A stretch of DNA of 64,000 bases from a virus (taxonomy: Duplodnaviria; Caudoviricetes), in IMG/VR virus record IMGVR_UViG_3300005201_000042, positions 1 to 64,000 of that record. One strand, written 5' to 3'. The position numbers and the translations under genes are program-made. The notes beneath the pieces were generated by a model. That model searched no databases. It worked only from the letters and a program-made list of their open reading frames with translations, and was not told where the DNA came from. This document shows positions 9,395 to 19,070 of this stretch, piece by piece (the stretch's first letter is position 1; each line of letters opens with the position of its first letter).

Positions 9395-12300
9395 ATGTCT
9401 ACTTTAAAAAACAAGTCTGTACCTATATTGTCAATGGCAAGGGGTCTTCCCTCGTCAGTTCCTTCTTATGTGTCTAACAGATTTAATTTCCCTGATGAGT
9501 TTGACGGTTATTATGGAGAGAATAAAAATGTTCAGAACGGGAATGTTTTTTCTCGTTATATTGAGCGCAAGGATAAAAATAATGTCCCTTTTGTTTTTCA
9601 TTTTGTTTTTGGTAGAGAGAAACATGCTTCTCTAGGGGAGTCTCTTCAGGGTAACGCATTTAAATTTAGGGCTTTATTTGTTCAGTATGGAGATAGAAGA
9701 TTTGCTAAGAAATATGAAGATGCTGCTTTTGATAACATCGAGAAAGTAGTTGTTAGTAATTTGTTATCTTCTATCAAAGTTCTTGAGTTATCTGAGGTTT
9801 CTGAAATAAGCCCGTTAATTTATATAAAAAGTGGTGTGGAAATCCACTCAAAGATAGTGGATACACGTACGTTAGATTTATTTGAAGATGCTGTCGATGA
9901 AGCTTTTACAACATCTGCTCCCGCACCTACTCCCAAGAAGGAACCAAAGCCTTCAACACAACCTGCTTCTCGCAAGTCAACTCAAAACTACGCTCATGAA
10001 GAGTCCCTTGAAGGTTTAAAAGATAAATACGTCAACACTTCGCAAGGCATTGATGGTTTTGAGGATTCTATTTACCTTCCTAATGGTGAAGAGGTTTCGG
10101 GTATCTGGAGATTAGTGGACGCTTTCTCTGTATCTCCATCTCATAACCCCTTTTCTTTTCACTCTACAAAAGGTTTCCCTCGCACTGCTGGGGGTTCGTC
10201 AGCTAATACAAGGGATTATTATAATGAAACTGACGCACAGTTACAGGTTGTTCAACTCGCAGGTGAGTTTGACGGTCGGGCTTTAGGTTACGATACTGCT
10301 GTCGTTGTTACAAAAGATGGTGTGGTTGTTTCTGGTAACAATAGGACGATGAGTTCTCAATTGGCGGCACGGAAAGGGACAGACACAAAATATATTGCTG
10401 CTCTAATAAAACGTTGTCGTTCTTTTGGTTTTACTCCTGAACAGGTTCAGGCTTTTGAGCACCCACGAGTTGTTTTTGAGATTGACTCTCAAGACTATTC
10501 TCCAGAGCATTTTGATAAATACAATCAATCTGATAAGAAGGAACAGTCTGAGGAAGCACGAATAGTAAAGTTCTCTAAAGTGTCAAAGCCTGATGTTCTT
10601 CGGGGTATTGCAGATGTTGCACGAAGGTATCAGTTTGATTTAACTCAAGTGTTTGCTATTCCTGCTGCCTGTGAAGAATTGATGTCTGTGTTTGTAAAAG
10701 CCAAAGTATTTAGTCAGGCAGAGCTTCCTAAGTACTTTGATGGAAATAAGGTGTCTTCTGCTGGTAAGCAGTTTTTATACGAATATATCTTAGGTGGTGT
10801 TTTATCCGAGCCTGTGGTTCGGGCTTTGTATTCTGAGGGTATGGGTAACTTGAAGCAAGCAGTAATTGGTTCTGCTCAGCTACTTTTAGAGAACTGGGCT
10901 TGTGGTAGTTATTCTGTTATGGACGAATTGAATGCTGCTATTCGTTACGCTATCTCATTTGTTACTGAGGTAAACAACGGCACGTTTGTAGTGCCTAAAA
11001 TTGATAAAGATGAAGCTAAAGCAATGTCTGCTGATGATAAGGTGGCTCACAACTTAAAAGCGTTCAATGTATGGGCTAGTCAAGGGGATTTGTTAGAGGA
11101 CAGGCATCCGTTGGTTTTGAAGCTTGCAGGGGCGTTGGTCTACTCTGTTCCTTTATTTAAAGATTATTTAACTAGGTTAAACACGGCTACAGCTTCTGCT
11201 GCTAAAACCGAGAGGGAAACTGAGGAGGCTGGTAACTCTGGCCTGTTCGGAGATGAGGAAGACTTTACGCCTGATCGTTATGGTTTATTAGAAAAAGCTG
11301 TAGCTTCGTGGCAAAGAAGAAATTTTGTTAAGAGAAATATATTAAGTTCTGTATTGAGGGGTAGTTTTTCTTTGTTTCCAGTTAAAAGGGATTGGAGTAA
11401 TATCTTTTCTAGTGTTGGTTCTGGGGCTAGTGTCTTTCAAAAGCTAGGAGACGTGTTAAAGTCTGGTTCTTCTTTTGTTGTTCAAAACTCTGAGTTGGGT
11501 AGCATTAGTATCGACAAAGGTTGCACGGGAAAGAATGGTTACGGGCTTTTGCACATTATCGAGGCGAGGCATTTTAGAGATAAGCTTTCTGTAGACGATC
11601 TTTGTGGTCTTATTTACAAAGTTGTAGAAGCCGCAGAAGGTGGTGAAGTTGTGTCGCATCAACCTGATCTTAAAGCTGGTCTTGATTACGGTCATGTGGG
11701 TATTGAGAAAGATGGTGTTATTGCTTATGTTAGCTTGGCTCGGTATGAAGATGTAAAAGATCGCTTCATATTAACTGGGTTTGCAATTTATGAAAAAGAA
11801 AAAGAGGCGACCGATGCTATACGAACGGGTATCGCTCAGTATGGCTACTCGCCTGAGTTCTCTTGTTTCCGATCTCAGGTGGGAGCGGTTATCGCCTCTC
11901 TTAATGGAGTATGTGGTAGTTTTTCAAATAATGCAAGTGTGTATAAAAACGGAGGTTTTATGGCAAATAATAAAACGATGGTTCGGTCTGGTCTAACTGG
12001 AGCTGGTACTGAAATGGACACAATGATTTCCGATATAAAAAATCTATTTGATAACCATCAAATTTCTGACAGTGAGGCTTATAAAAGGTTGTCAGGGCTT
12101 GGGCTTTCTGATCCTTTTATTCATAGGGTGATGGTAGATTGGTTTCATAGTAAAGAAGCTAGGCTTGCATCTGGTTTCTATCCTCATAGAAGTCTTCAAT
12201 CTCAAGCTCTCTTTCAAGACCTAAAAAACAAGATAATGAAATGGACTGCTCAAGACCCTAACAACAAAAAAGCCTATCAACAGGCTATGAAGTTGTTTAG

Positions 12301-14755
12301 GGAAAACTTCGGTAAGCATCCTCAAACTGAAAGAGACGCAAAGGTTATATTGAAGACTGCAAAGAAGATGGCTAAGACTGGTCAGATTTACGATGCAGAG
12401 TCTTTCAAACAAGAAGCCCAACAGGTAATGAATGAACAACCCCAGCAAGGTACACAAACTCAGACGCAACAGCAATCTCAAGGTCAACAAGGAAGTGTAG
12501 ACGCTTCTGATCCTGTGGCTCTGTTCAAAGCCATTCAAGCTCTCTACAGATACGGCTCTATTTCTAAAGATCAGGTTGATAAGGCTTTTAGAATGGTTGT
12601 AGGTGGTCAAGGAAGGCAAAATGCTTATAATATGTCAAACCAATCTCAAGGCGAGCAGATGGCTGCTTCCTTAAAGAGGGTTTCTTCTGGTTATGGTGCT
12701 TCTGACGATATTCCCTACGGGTTTAAACAGTTTGATCATGCAGTTAGAATCTACGACTCAAGTAAAGGTATGTTTGACCACTGGTATGCTCCTTCGGGCA
12801 TGGGAAATATCTCAGTTTATGAAAATAAGGATGGTTCTGGGCGGCTTGGCACTCTGAATTTTTCACTATTGAAGGTGTCTCCAGACCAGTTTTGGGGTTT
12901 TATTCGAGACAACGGGCTACTTGCTTCTGACGATGTTTATTCCTCTGTGGGGCTTTCTTCTGGTAAAAACCCAGGTGTAAGATTTGATAGACTTCCCAAG
13001 GGTGTTTCAGGTTTACAAATAGGTTCCAGGGTTAAATTCACACCTCTCAAGTCATCTAAAGACAATCTAGACTTTGTTGCACAGAAAGACACATTGTACG
13101 CTGGTAAAACTGGTGTTATAAGAGCAATTAAAAACGAAGTCTACAATGTTGAAATGCCAGATGAAGATGGTGTCCCAGGAGAGGTGATCTCTGCTCATAG
13201 TATGGAGTTACAGCGAGTAGCCTCTGAGGAAGAACTTTTCTCTGCCAGGGGTATTATTGCAGACCCAATGAGGGAGTACGTTCAACAATTTCTTTCTAAT
13301 ATTCCTTCTTTCACAAAAGTTCCAACAAACTACAAAGATGAACGTATTGTGAAGGAGAAACTAGAGCCTGATCATGTTTGCTATTGGTATTCCGAGACCA
13401 TTGATAATGGTAAGCCTTATACTGTTGAGTTCCACGTGTCTCCAGGTGAACCTTTTTGTGATGTGTATGTGGTTCGTGATTTTGATAATCACCCTTTGGA
13501 CGATGGAGGTTATCACATCGCAGATTTCGAAGATTGGAATTTATCTGAGGTTGATTATGTAGAGGGTTTGTTTGCTAAGGAAAAAGCTTTTACCGGGGAT
13601 AGTGCTTCTTTTGATAAAACTAAGACAAAGCCTGTAGAAGATGGTTTTGACGATGAAGATTATTCACAGATTATGGCTGGGTTGGATCCTCGAGTTTCTA
13701 TCATGTTAGAACTACATCCTGAACTTAGTCACTGGTCACCAGATGATTTAACAGTGTTATATGAATTGCAAGATAGAGGTGGGGATTATGTAGAAGATGT
13801 AAACCGTGTACTAAATACGAGAGATTCAAAGACTTTATTGTCATCTTTTGATAAATGGTCTGCCAGGGTCAGTGCTGGTCTTTCGCTTGGAAAGGGAATG
13901 TCTTTACCTGATATGGCTATTGTTTCTGGTCTAGCACGGATTTTATCTAGTGATTCTATTTCACGTCCTGATGACTCTTTATTTAAACGTGGTGATCGAG
14001 TAAAAGGGACTCCCAGTAACTATAGAAAAGAAGGTCAGTTGGGTACGGTACAAGGTGTCTCTGAGTACAGTGTTTATGGTGATTCTTGGGATATAGAATG
14101 GGACAATGGTGGTATTTCAAGAGCTTTTAAAAATGAGATTGAGCTTATTTCTTCTGGCTTGGCAAGGGTTTTGTCTGCAGGTGCTAATACTTCCACGGCT
14201 TTAACCCCAGAGGAGGTTGTAAGGGATTTTAAAGATGGCGCGATAGACTGGTATAACGCTTTTGATATGTTAGCTGATTATGAGGTATCTGATGAAGACG
14301 CAGAGAGGATGCTTGGGGTATCACGGGTTGTTCAAGGTTTCACCGAGGGTTACAACAAAACCTTAGACGTAGTGGACACTCTTGTTCATGACCCATTAAA
14401 GACAGTTGATGACGTTGCTTCTCTGCCTTTTAAGTTTTTGGACAAGGTTACTGGGAGGAGCAAGAAGAAGGTTAGGTCAAGTTATACACCCTTGTATTCT
14501 GGTGAGTTTAATCGTATACTATCTGCAGGAACAAGGAGTAGTGTTGTCGAGGAGTTCAACAAACTTCTTGAATCTGTCTTTCCTGATAAAAGATGGGAGT
14601 TGAAAAGAGCAGTTCCTATGAGAGGTGGTTGGTATACTTTAGATTTCTTAACGATAGATAAGTCAGATGTTAATTACAATGTGAAGTTTGACGAGAGGAT
14701 TTTCAAAGTTTGTAAGGATTCTAATAGTATTTGGATTATACAGGAGGATTTATAA
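9395..14755 (+). CDS. large polyvalent virion protein (ddrB-like ParB domain, PBECR-type nuclease domain, SH3/KOW-like modules)
   Basis: VVSGNNRTMS plus NTRDY (ddrB-ParB, ~10075-10500); KGCTGKNGYGLLHIIEARH (PBECR, ~11490-11830); two GxRV...GxV modules; start may be 9386. Confidence 0.7.
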   Translation: MSTLKNKSVPILSMARGLPSSVPSYVSNRFNFPDEFDGYYGENKNVQNGNVFSRYIERKDKNNVPFVFHFVFGREKHASLGESLQGNAFKFRALFVQYGDRRFAKKYEDAAFDNIEKVVVSNLLSSIKVLELSEVSEISPLIYIKSGVEIHSKIVDTRTLDLFEDAVDEAFTTSAPAPTPKKEPKPSTQPASRKSTQNYAHEESLEGLKDKYVNTSQGIDGFEDSIYLPNGEEVSGIWRLVDAFSVSPSHNPFSFHSTKGFPRTAGGSSANTRDYYNETDAQLQVVQLAGEFDGRALGYDTAVVVTKDGVVVSGNNRTMSSQLAARKGTDTKYIAALIKRCRSFGFTPEQVQAFEHPRVVFEIDSQDYSPEHFDKYNQSDKKEQSEEARIVKFSKVSKPDVLRGIADVARRYQFDLTQVFAIPAACEELMSVFVKAKVFSQAELPKYFDGNKVSSAGKQFLYEYILGGVLSEPVVRALYSEGMGNLKQAVIGSAQLLLENWACGSYSVMDELNAAIRYAISFVTEVNNGTFVVPKIDKDEAKAMSADDKVAHNLKAFNVWASQGDLLEDRHPLVLKLAGALVYSVPLFKDYLTRLNTATASAAKTERETEEAGNSGLFGDEEDFTPDRYGLLEKAVASWQRRNFVKRNILSSVLRGSFSLFPVKRDWSNIFSSVGSGASVFQKLGDVLKSGSSFVVQNSELGSISIDKGCTGKNGYGLLHIIEARHFRDKLSVDDLCGLIYKVVEAAEGGEVVSHQPDLKAGLDYGHVGIEKDGVIAYVSLARYEDVKDRFILTGFAIYEKEKEATDAIRTGIAQYGYSPEFSCFRSQVGAVIASLNGVCGSFSNNASVYKNGGFMANNKTMVRSGLTGAGTEMDTMISDIKNLFDNHQISDSEAYKRLSGLGLSDPFIHRVMVDWFHSKEARLASGFYPHRSLQSQALFQDLKNKIMKWTAQDPNNKKAYQQAMKLFRENFGKHPQTERDAKVILKTAKKMAKTGQIYDAESFKQEAQQVMNEQPQQGTQTQTQQQSQGQQGSVDASDPVALFKAIQALYRYGSISKDQVDKAFRMVVGGQGRQNAYNMSNQSQGEQMAASLKRVSSGYGASDDIPYGFKQFDHAVRIYDSSKGMFDHWYAPSGMGNISVYENKDGSGRLGTLNFSLLKVSPDQFWGFIRDNGLLASDDVYSSVGLSSGKNPGVRFDRLPKGVSGLQIGSRVKFTPLKSSKDNLDFVAQKDTLYAGKTGVIRAIKNEVYNVEMPDEDGVPGEVISAHSMELQRVASEEELFSARGIIADPMREYVQQFLSNIPSFTKVPTNYKDERIVKEKLEPDHVCYWYSETIDNGKPYTVEFHVSPGEPFCDVYVVRDFDNHPLDDGGYHIADFEDWNLSEVDYVEGLFAKEKAFTGDSASFDKTKTKPVEDGFDDEDYSQIMAGLDPRVSIMLELHPELSHWSPDDLTVLYELQDRGGDYVEDVNRVLNTRDSKTLLSSFDKWSARVSAGLSLGKGMSLPDMAIVSGLARILSSDSISRPDDSLFKRGDRVKGTPSNYRKEGQLGTVQGVSEYSVYGDSWDIEWDNGGISRAFKNEIELISSGLARVLSAGANTSTALTPEEVVRDFKDGAIDWYNAFDMLADYEVSDEDAERMLGVSRVVQGFTEGYNKTLDVVDTLVHDPLKTVDDVASLPFKFLDKVTGRSKKKVRSSYTPLYSGEFNRILSAGTRSSVVEEFNKLLESVFPDKRWELKRAVPMRGGWYTLDFLTIDKSDVNYNVKFDERIFKVCKDSNSIWIIQEDL
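14482..14520 (+). promoter_or_regulatory. early promoter embedded in CDS
   Basis: TTATACACCC-TTGTAT-N17-TATACT. Confidence 0.75.
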
Positions 14756-14946
14756 TGGCTTGGAAAACAATCTACAAAGGTACTTCAGGGGAAGAAGCAG
14801 CTATGGCTGTAGCAAATAGTCTTCGCAAGGCTGATCGTGAACGTGAAGAGTATTTGCAGAGCAAGCAACAAGCACAGGTTTCTACTCCTTCTAACAACTC
14901 AGGTAACTCTTCTGCTAACGTAGCAGCTTCTCTTAAAAGAAACTAA
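14755..14946 (+). CDS. small Q/N/S-rich protein
   Basis: ATG overlaps upstream TAA; RBS AGGAGG; ends VAASLKRN. Confidence 0.6.
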   Translation: MAWKTIYKGTSGEEAAMAVANSLRKADREREEYLQSKQQAQVSTPSNNSGNSSANVAASLKRN

Positions 14947-15175
14947 TCAACTTAAGTATGGAGCCTTATTATAAGGATATACAGTCTTTACCTTTGATGG
15001 AGTTGGAGTCTGTTAATCTCCCCCATTCAATTAGACCTTTTCCAAGTTACTGACTTATGGACTGGTAGTATTGTAAATTGTGATCTTCAACATGAGTTTT
15101 TATTCTGTTATCCTGTTAGTGAGCTTTCCATACAAATTTGAGTTAACAGGTTACCTGATTTTCGTATTAGGGTGT

Positions 15176-15571
15176 ATGTTGAAAAAAATAATTAAAGTGA
15201 GACCTCACATGAAGTCTCTTGGTCTTACTCCTTACAAGAAAGATGATATGGCTTTTTATGCGGCTTTACTAGAATCTGGCTTTGTTTCTTCTCCACGGTC
15301 TTTACGTGGTACAAGGAAAGACTCTGTTTCTGGCTTTTTATGGAAAAGGAAATTTGAATTTATAATGAAACATCGATATGGCATTTCTATAAAAGATGTC
15401 GCTTGGGCTTTAGCCTTTGTTAACAACGAGGTTAAGGGGAAGATTTCATCGAAAAAGTATGCAGATGTTTCTCTTCACAATGTGTTCTTAAATAACTATG
15501 GTTTAGTACAGGTTCAAGTCGGTTACTCTCCTAAAGAGTCAGTTATATTAAGTTGTAAGAAGTTAGCCTAG
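15176..15571 (+). CDS. hypothetical basic protein
   Basis: likely ATG after TTTTCGTATTAGGGTGT. Confidence 0.5.
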   Translation: MLKKIIKVRPHMKSLGLTPYKKDDMAFYAALLESGFVSSPRSLRGTRKDSVSGFLWKRKFEFIMKHRYGISIKDVAWALAFVNNEVKGKISSKKYADVSLHNVFLNNYGLVQVQVGYSPKESVILSCKKLA

Positions 15572-15578
15572 GAGTCTT

Positions 15579-15878
15579 ATGTTTCAGGTTGTTTGTACAA
15601 ATTGTGGTGAGAGTATTGTTGATCTTTCTATAACTTATAAATTCCATACAGTGTGTTCAGAATGTAAGTCTAAGCTGGAGGAGGCTGCTTCTTTATTACA
15701 TACTTTTGAAGACAAGATTAAAGTAGAGACAAATGTTGCACGAACTTATAGTGAGCCTTACTGTACAAAGTGTGGTAGGCTAATAACTGAGTTTGAGGAG
15801 TATGTAGTAACCAAGACAGGTGCTGTCTGTATTTCCTGTTATGCAGATGAAGGTGTTCTTTATAGTTTCAGTAGCTAA
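15579..15878 (+). CDS. zinc-finger protein
   Basis: four CxxC pairs; RBS AGGAG. Confidence 0.6.
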   Translation: MFQVVCTNCGESIVDLSITYKFHTVCSECKSKLEEAASLLHTFEDKIKVETNVARTYSEPYCTKCGRLITEFEEYVVTKTGAVCISCYADEGVLYSFSS

Positions 15879-15911
15879 TTTTTACTATAATTTCAATTTT
15901 AAATAAACCAA

Positions 15912-15949
15912 TTATACACACTTGTTATATTTTCTTCATGCGTTAATGT
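15912..15949 (+). promoter_or_regulatory. early promoter family copy
   Basis: TTATACACAC-TTGTTA-N16-TAATGT. Confidence 0.7.
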
Positions 15950-15978
15950 AGTTATATAAACTTAACGGAGGGAAGTGA

Positions 15979-16158
15979 ATGGGCGTGGTGATTGATAGAG
16001 GATTTGAAAGAAAAATCCTTGAGGTAGTTAAAGAAGATTTTGGTCTTTCTCCAAAGGAAGAAAAAAGGCTTAATTGGCTAAGTAATCAGGCAGTGGTTAT
16101 TCGTTGCGGTGATTTTGAACAGGGTTTTTCAAGGAAGCAATGGAGGGAATTTAAATGA
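15979..16158 (+). CDS. hypothetical protein (59 aa, not in ORF track)
   Basis: RBS GGAGGG; ATGA overlap with the next gene. Confidence 0.5.
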   Translation: MGVVIDRGFERKILEVVKEDFGLSPKEEKRLNWLSNQAVVIRCGDFEQGFSRKQWREFK

Positions 16159-16376
16159 AACTCTTTCAAGTGTCTATAAAATATGGTCGTAGCCCCTTTC
16201 AGTTAGCGGCTTATGTGGAAGCCGAAAGTCCGAAACAAGCAATAAGAAAATACGCAGGAATAACCTATGTTGAAAATATAAAAGAAGGCATGAGGTATCG
16301 TGCAACGAAAACCGAGTTGCATTCCAATTTTTGGGACATGGCTGGTTACTGTAGACCGCAGTATATCTGCAATTAG
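16155..16376 (+). CDS. hypothetical protein
   Basis: RBS GGAGGG. Confidence 0.55.
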   Translation: MKLFQVSIKYGRSPFQLAAYVEAESPKQAIRKYAGITYVENIKEGMRYRATKTELHSNFWDMAGYCRPQYICN

Positions 16377-16525
16377 AGATGTGAGAGGTTGGTATGTTGC
16401 TCAGGGCTTATATTATGAATCGTGTTCTAAGGAAGTGGTTTAACACTTACACTTTTGAAGAGGTACTTTGGTTGACTAAGTGTCCACTTGCATTTATGGA
16501 AATGTAAAAGGAGTAAAGAAGGTAA

Positions 16526-16732
16526 ATGACAGCGAAGGAAGCCACTCAAGAACTTACCCACATCGTTCTTCGTGTTAACACTGGTGGTCTTAGTTATGAC
16601 GAAGGTAAACTGTTAGCTTCTCCTCTTATAAAAATAATCAATGATAGACAAGCAGAGATAGCAAAGAAGTACGGTAGACGGTCTGTTCCTCTTTCCTATG
16701 GTTACGCACTTCGTACAGGAATGGTATTATGA
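16526..16732 (+). CDS. hypothetical protein
   Basis: RBS AAGGAG; ATGA overlap. Confidence 0.55.
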   Translation: MTAKEATQELTHIVLRVNTGGLSYDEGKLLASPLIKIINDRQAEIAKKYGRRSVPLSYGYALRTGMVL

Positions 16733-17097
16733 AATACTACTGTAAAATCTGCGGAACCGAATACAACTTCAAAAATGACAGTTACTTAATTAGTTGCAGA
16801 GCGCGTACTCCAGACATGATGATGGATGACGATTCGTGTGATGGAACTTTGGAACTCATCCCCGACTACGAAACGCCGGAGCAGTACGAAAAGCGCACAG
16901 GGAAGGCGTTTTCTAACAACGGGCTTGTATGGGTAAGGTTTAGAGATAGAGCTGAGGATAGTTTTGTAAAAACCCATGACAAGAGATTTTATTGGCTTGA
17001 ATATAGATTTGCTCAAACACATAGTTTTAGAGCAAATAATCTTATCGTCATTGCCGATCCGCCTGTACCGCCGCCTGACGATTGGAGACCAGAATGA
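16729..17097 (+). CDS. hypothetical protein, DWRPE family copy 1
   Basis: CxxC N-terminus, ETPEQY, ends PPPDDWRPE. Confidence 0.6.
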   Translation: MKYYCKICGTEYNFKNDSYLISCRARTPDMMMDDDSCDGTLELIPDYETPEQYEKRTGKAFSNNGLVWVRFRDRAEDSFVKTHDKRFYWLEYRFAQTHSFRANNLIVIADPPVPPPDDWRPE

Positions 17098-17453
17098 AAG
17101 ATAAAATGAACAATGGCTTTTATTGCACTGCTGATTATTTCGACACGATTGAAGGTGGGATTTGTAAAGACCCATGCAATAGTACCCCTAAATGCCATAC
17201 ATTATGCAAACATCTTCACCGTAAATACCCTACAGTAGATCAATTTTATGATGAGTATAAAACGGATTATACAGATGAACAGCCTGTTTGGTTGCTAATT
17301 GGCTATTGTGGGGGAGGTGATTGGGAAATATTTTCACTAAAAGAAGCAAGAGAAAAAATCATGTTAATTGATTTGGAGACTGGTTGGGACTTTGTTGTTG
17401 TATGCGCCTGTACTCCGTTTGGAAAGCCTGACAATGATTGGAGACCGGAATGA
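17094..17453 (+). CDS. hypothetical protein, DWRPE family copy 2
   Basis: HRKYPTVDQF, ends KPDNDWRPE; ATGA overlap. Confidence 0.6.
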   Translation: MKDKMNNGFYCTADYFDTIEGGICKDPCNSTPKCHTLCKHLHRKYPTVDQFYDEYKTDYTDEQPVWLLIGYCGGGDWEIFSLKEAREKIMLIDLETGWDFVVVCACTPFGKPDNDWRPE

Positions 17454-17719
17454 AAAACAAAGGGAGGTCTTTGATGTTGAATAAACCTCTTTTTAAAGAA
17501 GGTGATATCATAAGGATTAAAACAGAGGCACGTGTAAACAAGGAGTTTCCAAAATATTTATACACTCCATCAACAAAGGCTCTAATGGGGAAACTATTTG
17601 AGGTAAGGCGTGTTCGTCCAGGAAATGACAACTGTTCAGTTCCTTATGGTAATAGGTATGTGATTGGCAATCAGTATATTACTGTTTATGAAAGCATGAT
17701 TGAGGGAATAGTAATTTAA
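17450..17719 (+). CDS. hypothetical protein (SH3-like)
   Basis: FKEGDIIRIK; ATGA overlap. Confidence 0.5.
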   Translation: MKNKGRSLMLNKPLFKEGDIIRIKTEARVNKEFPKYLYTPSTKALMGKLFEVRRVRPGNDNCSVPYGNRYVIGNQYITVYESMIEGIVI

Positions 17720-18700
17720 ATGACTGAGTTCTTTGCTAAACACGAACATGAGATTTTCCCTGTCCACTCTGCTGGAGCTATTGTTTCTGATATAGAAAAT
17801 TACATCCACGGTAAGGGCAGGTTACACAAAACTCTTGGTATGTTCTTTGACCGTCTCCGTTATTCTTATACCAGAAAAGACAGCAAGTACACTCCAATGC
17901 AGGTTTTAATGGACGAGGCTTTACTGGAGTTACTTTGGAAGAGGGTAGATAGCAAGCCTAAATTATTTTCTGAAGGACGTGGTTCTGTAAAGAGTTTTAC
18001 CACAGCCATTGGTGTTGGCTGGTCAAAGTGTCGAAGTGTGGCTAACTTCCCGGTTCGTGAGGCAAGTAAGATATTTAAGAAATACTGTCCACCTGGCGGT
18101 TTAATCTGTGATCCTTCTGCTGGTTTTGGTTCACGGATGTCTGCAGCTTTACTTGACGGTTATGGTTATGTGGCTACTGATCCAAACAAGGAATTGTACA
18201 AAGTTTTATACGACTATTATCATACCTTGTTGGACACTGAATTTGTGAAAAAAGACCAAGAGTTTGGGGTTTACTGCCAAGGCTCTGAGGTGTTTATTCC
18301 TGAGTTAGAGGCTAAAGTAGACTTTGTTTTCACTTCTCCACCTTACTTTAACCTTGAGAAGTATTCAGACGATAGCTCTGCTTCAACAAGGAACTACAAT
18401 AACTTTGCTTTATGGGGTAAGGAGTATGTTATTCCTACAGTTAAAAATATCAAAGCTTACTTAAAGCCAGGTGCAAAGGCTTGTATCAATATTAAGAATC
18501 TGCCAGGGCTAAAACTTTACGATTGTTGGGCACAGGTGTTTAGAAAGGTTGGTGGTTTTAGGGAGTTAGAACCTCATCGTATAAGTGTGGTGAGGCGGCA
18601 GTACGATGTTCGTAAGGGAAATAACTTATCTGAGAAGCTAAAGAACTACTGGAAGTACGCTTCTGAAGAGATGTGTATGGTTTTCGAGAAGGAGGGTTAA
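17720..18700 (+). CDS. DNA amino-methyltransferase (N4-C/N6-A)
   Basis: SAM motif ICDPSAGFGSR precedes catalytic FTSPPYF. Confidence 0.85.
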   Translation: MTEFFAKHEHEIFPVHSAGAIVSDIENYIHGKGRLHKTLGMFFDRLRYSYTRKDSKYTPMQVLMDEALLELLWKRVDSKPKLFSEGRGSVKSFTTAIGVGWSKCRSVANFPVREASKIFKKYCPPGGLICDPSAGFGSRMSAALLDGYGYVATDPNKELYKVLYDYYHTLLDTEFVKKDQEFGVYCQGSEVFIPELEAKVDFVFTSPPYFNLEKYSDDSSASTRNYNNFALWGKEYVIPTVKNIKAYLKPGAKACINIKNLPGLKLYDCWAQVFRKVGGFRELEPHRISVVRRQYDVRKGNNLSEKLKNYWKYASEEMCMVFEKEG

Positions 18701-18701
18701 T

Positions 18702-19034
18702 ATGGGAAGAAATCCTAATTGTATTTTGTGTGGTCAGACTCTTCCTGCATGGGTAGAAGGTTATTGTACAAGCTGTTCTGAAGAGGTTCTACAATGGGCA
18801 AAAGATAACGATGTTAACCCTCGTTTGCCGTTAGAAGAAATCTTTAGAGACATACGTTTGGCTAGATCAAGAAGAGCTGCTAAGAAATTGGATGAAGAGC
18901 TTTCTGCACAAGAAGATGCTGTAACCAGTGGTGCAAAAAATTGTGAGTCATGTGGCTATCTCCTTAGTGAGTGTGGACGTGTTCCTGTAGGTGGGTATAA
19001 CGCGCCTGTACAAACTTGTTGGGTGTCTTCTTAG
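18702..19034 (+). CDS. zinc-finger protein
   Basis: CILC, CTSC, CESC; RBS AAGGAGG. Confidence 0.55.
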   Translation: MGRNPNCILCGQTLPAWVEGYCTSCSEEVLQWAKDNDVNPRLPLEEIFRDIRLARSRRAAKKLDEELSAQEDAVTSGAKNCESCGYLLSECGRVPVGGYNAPVQTCWVSS

Positions 19035-19070
19035 AGGTGGCTCAAGGGGTTTCAAAAAAGGAGGGTTGAT

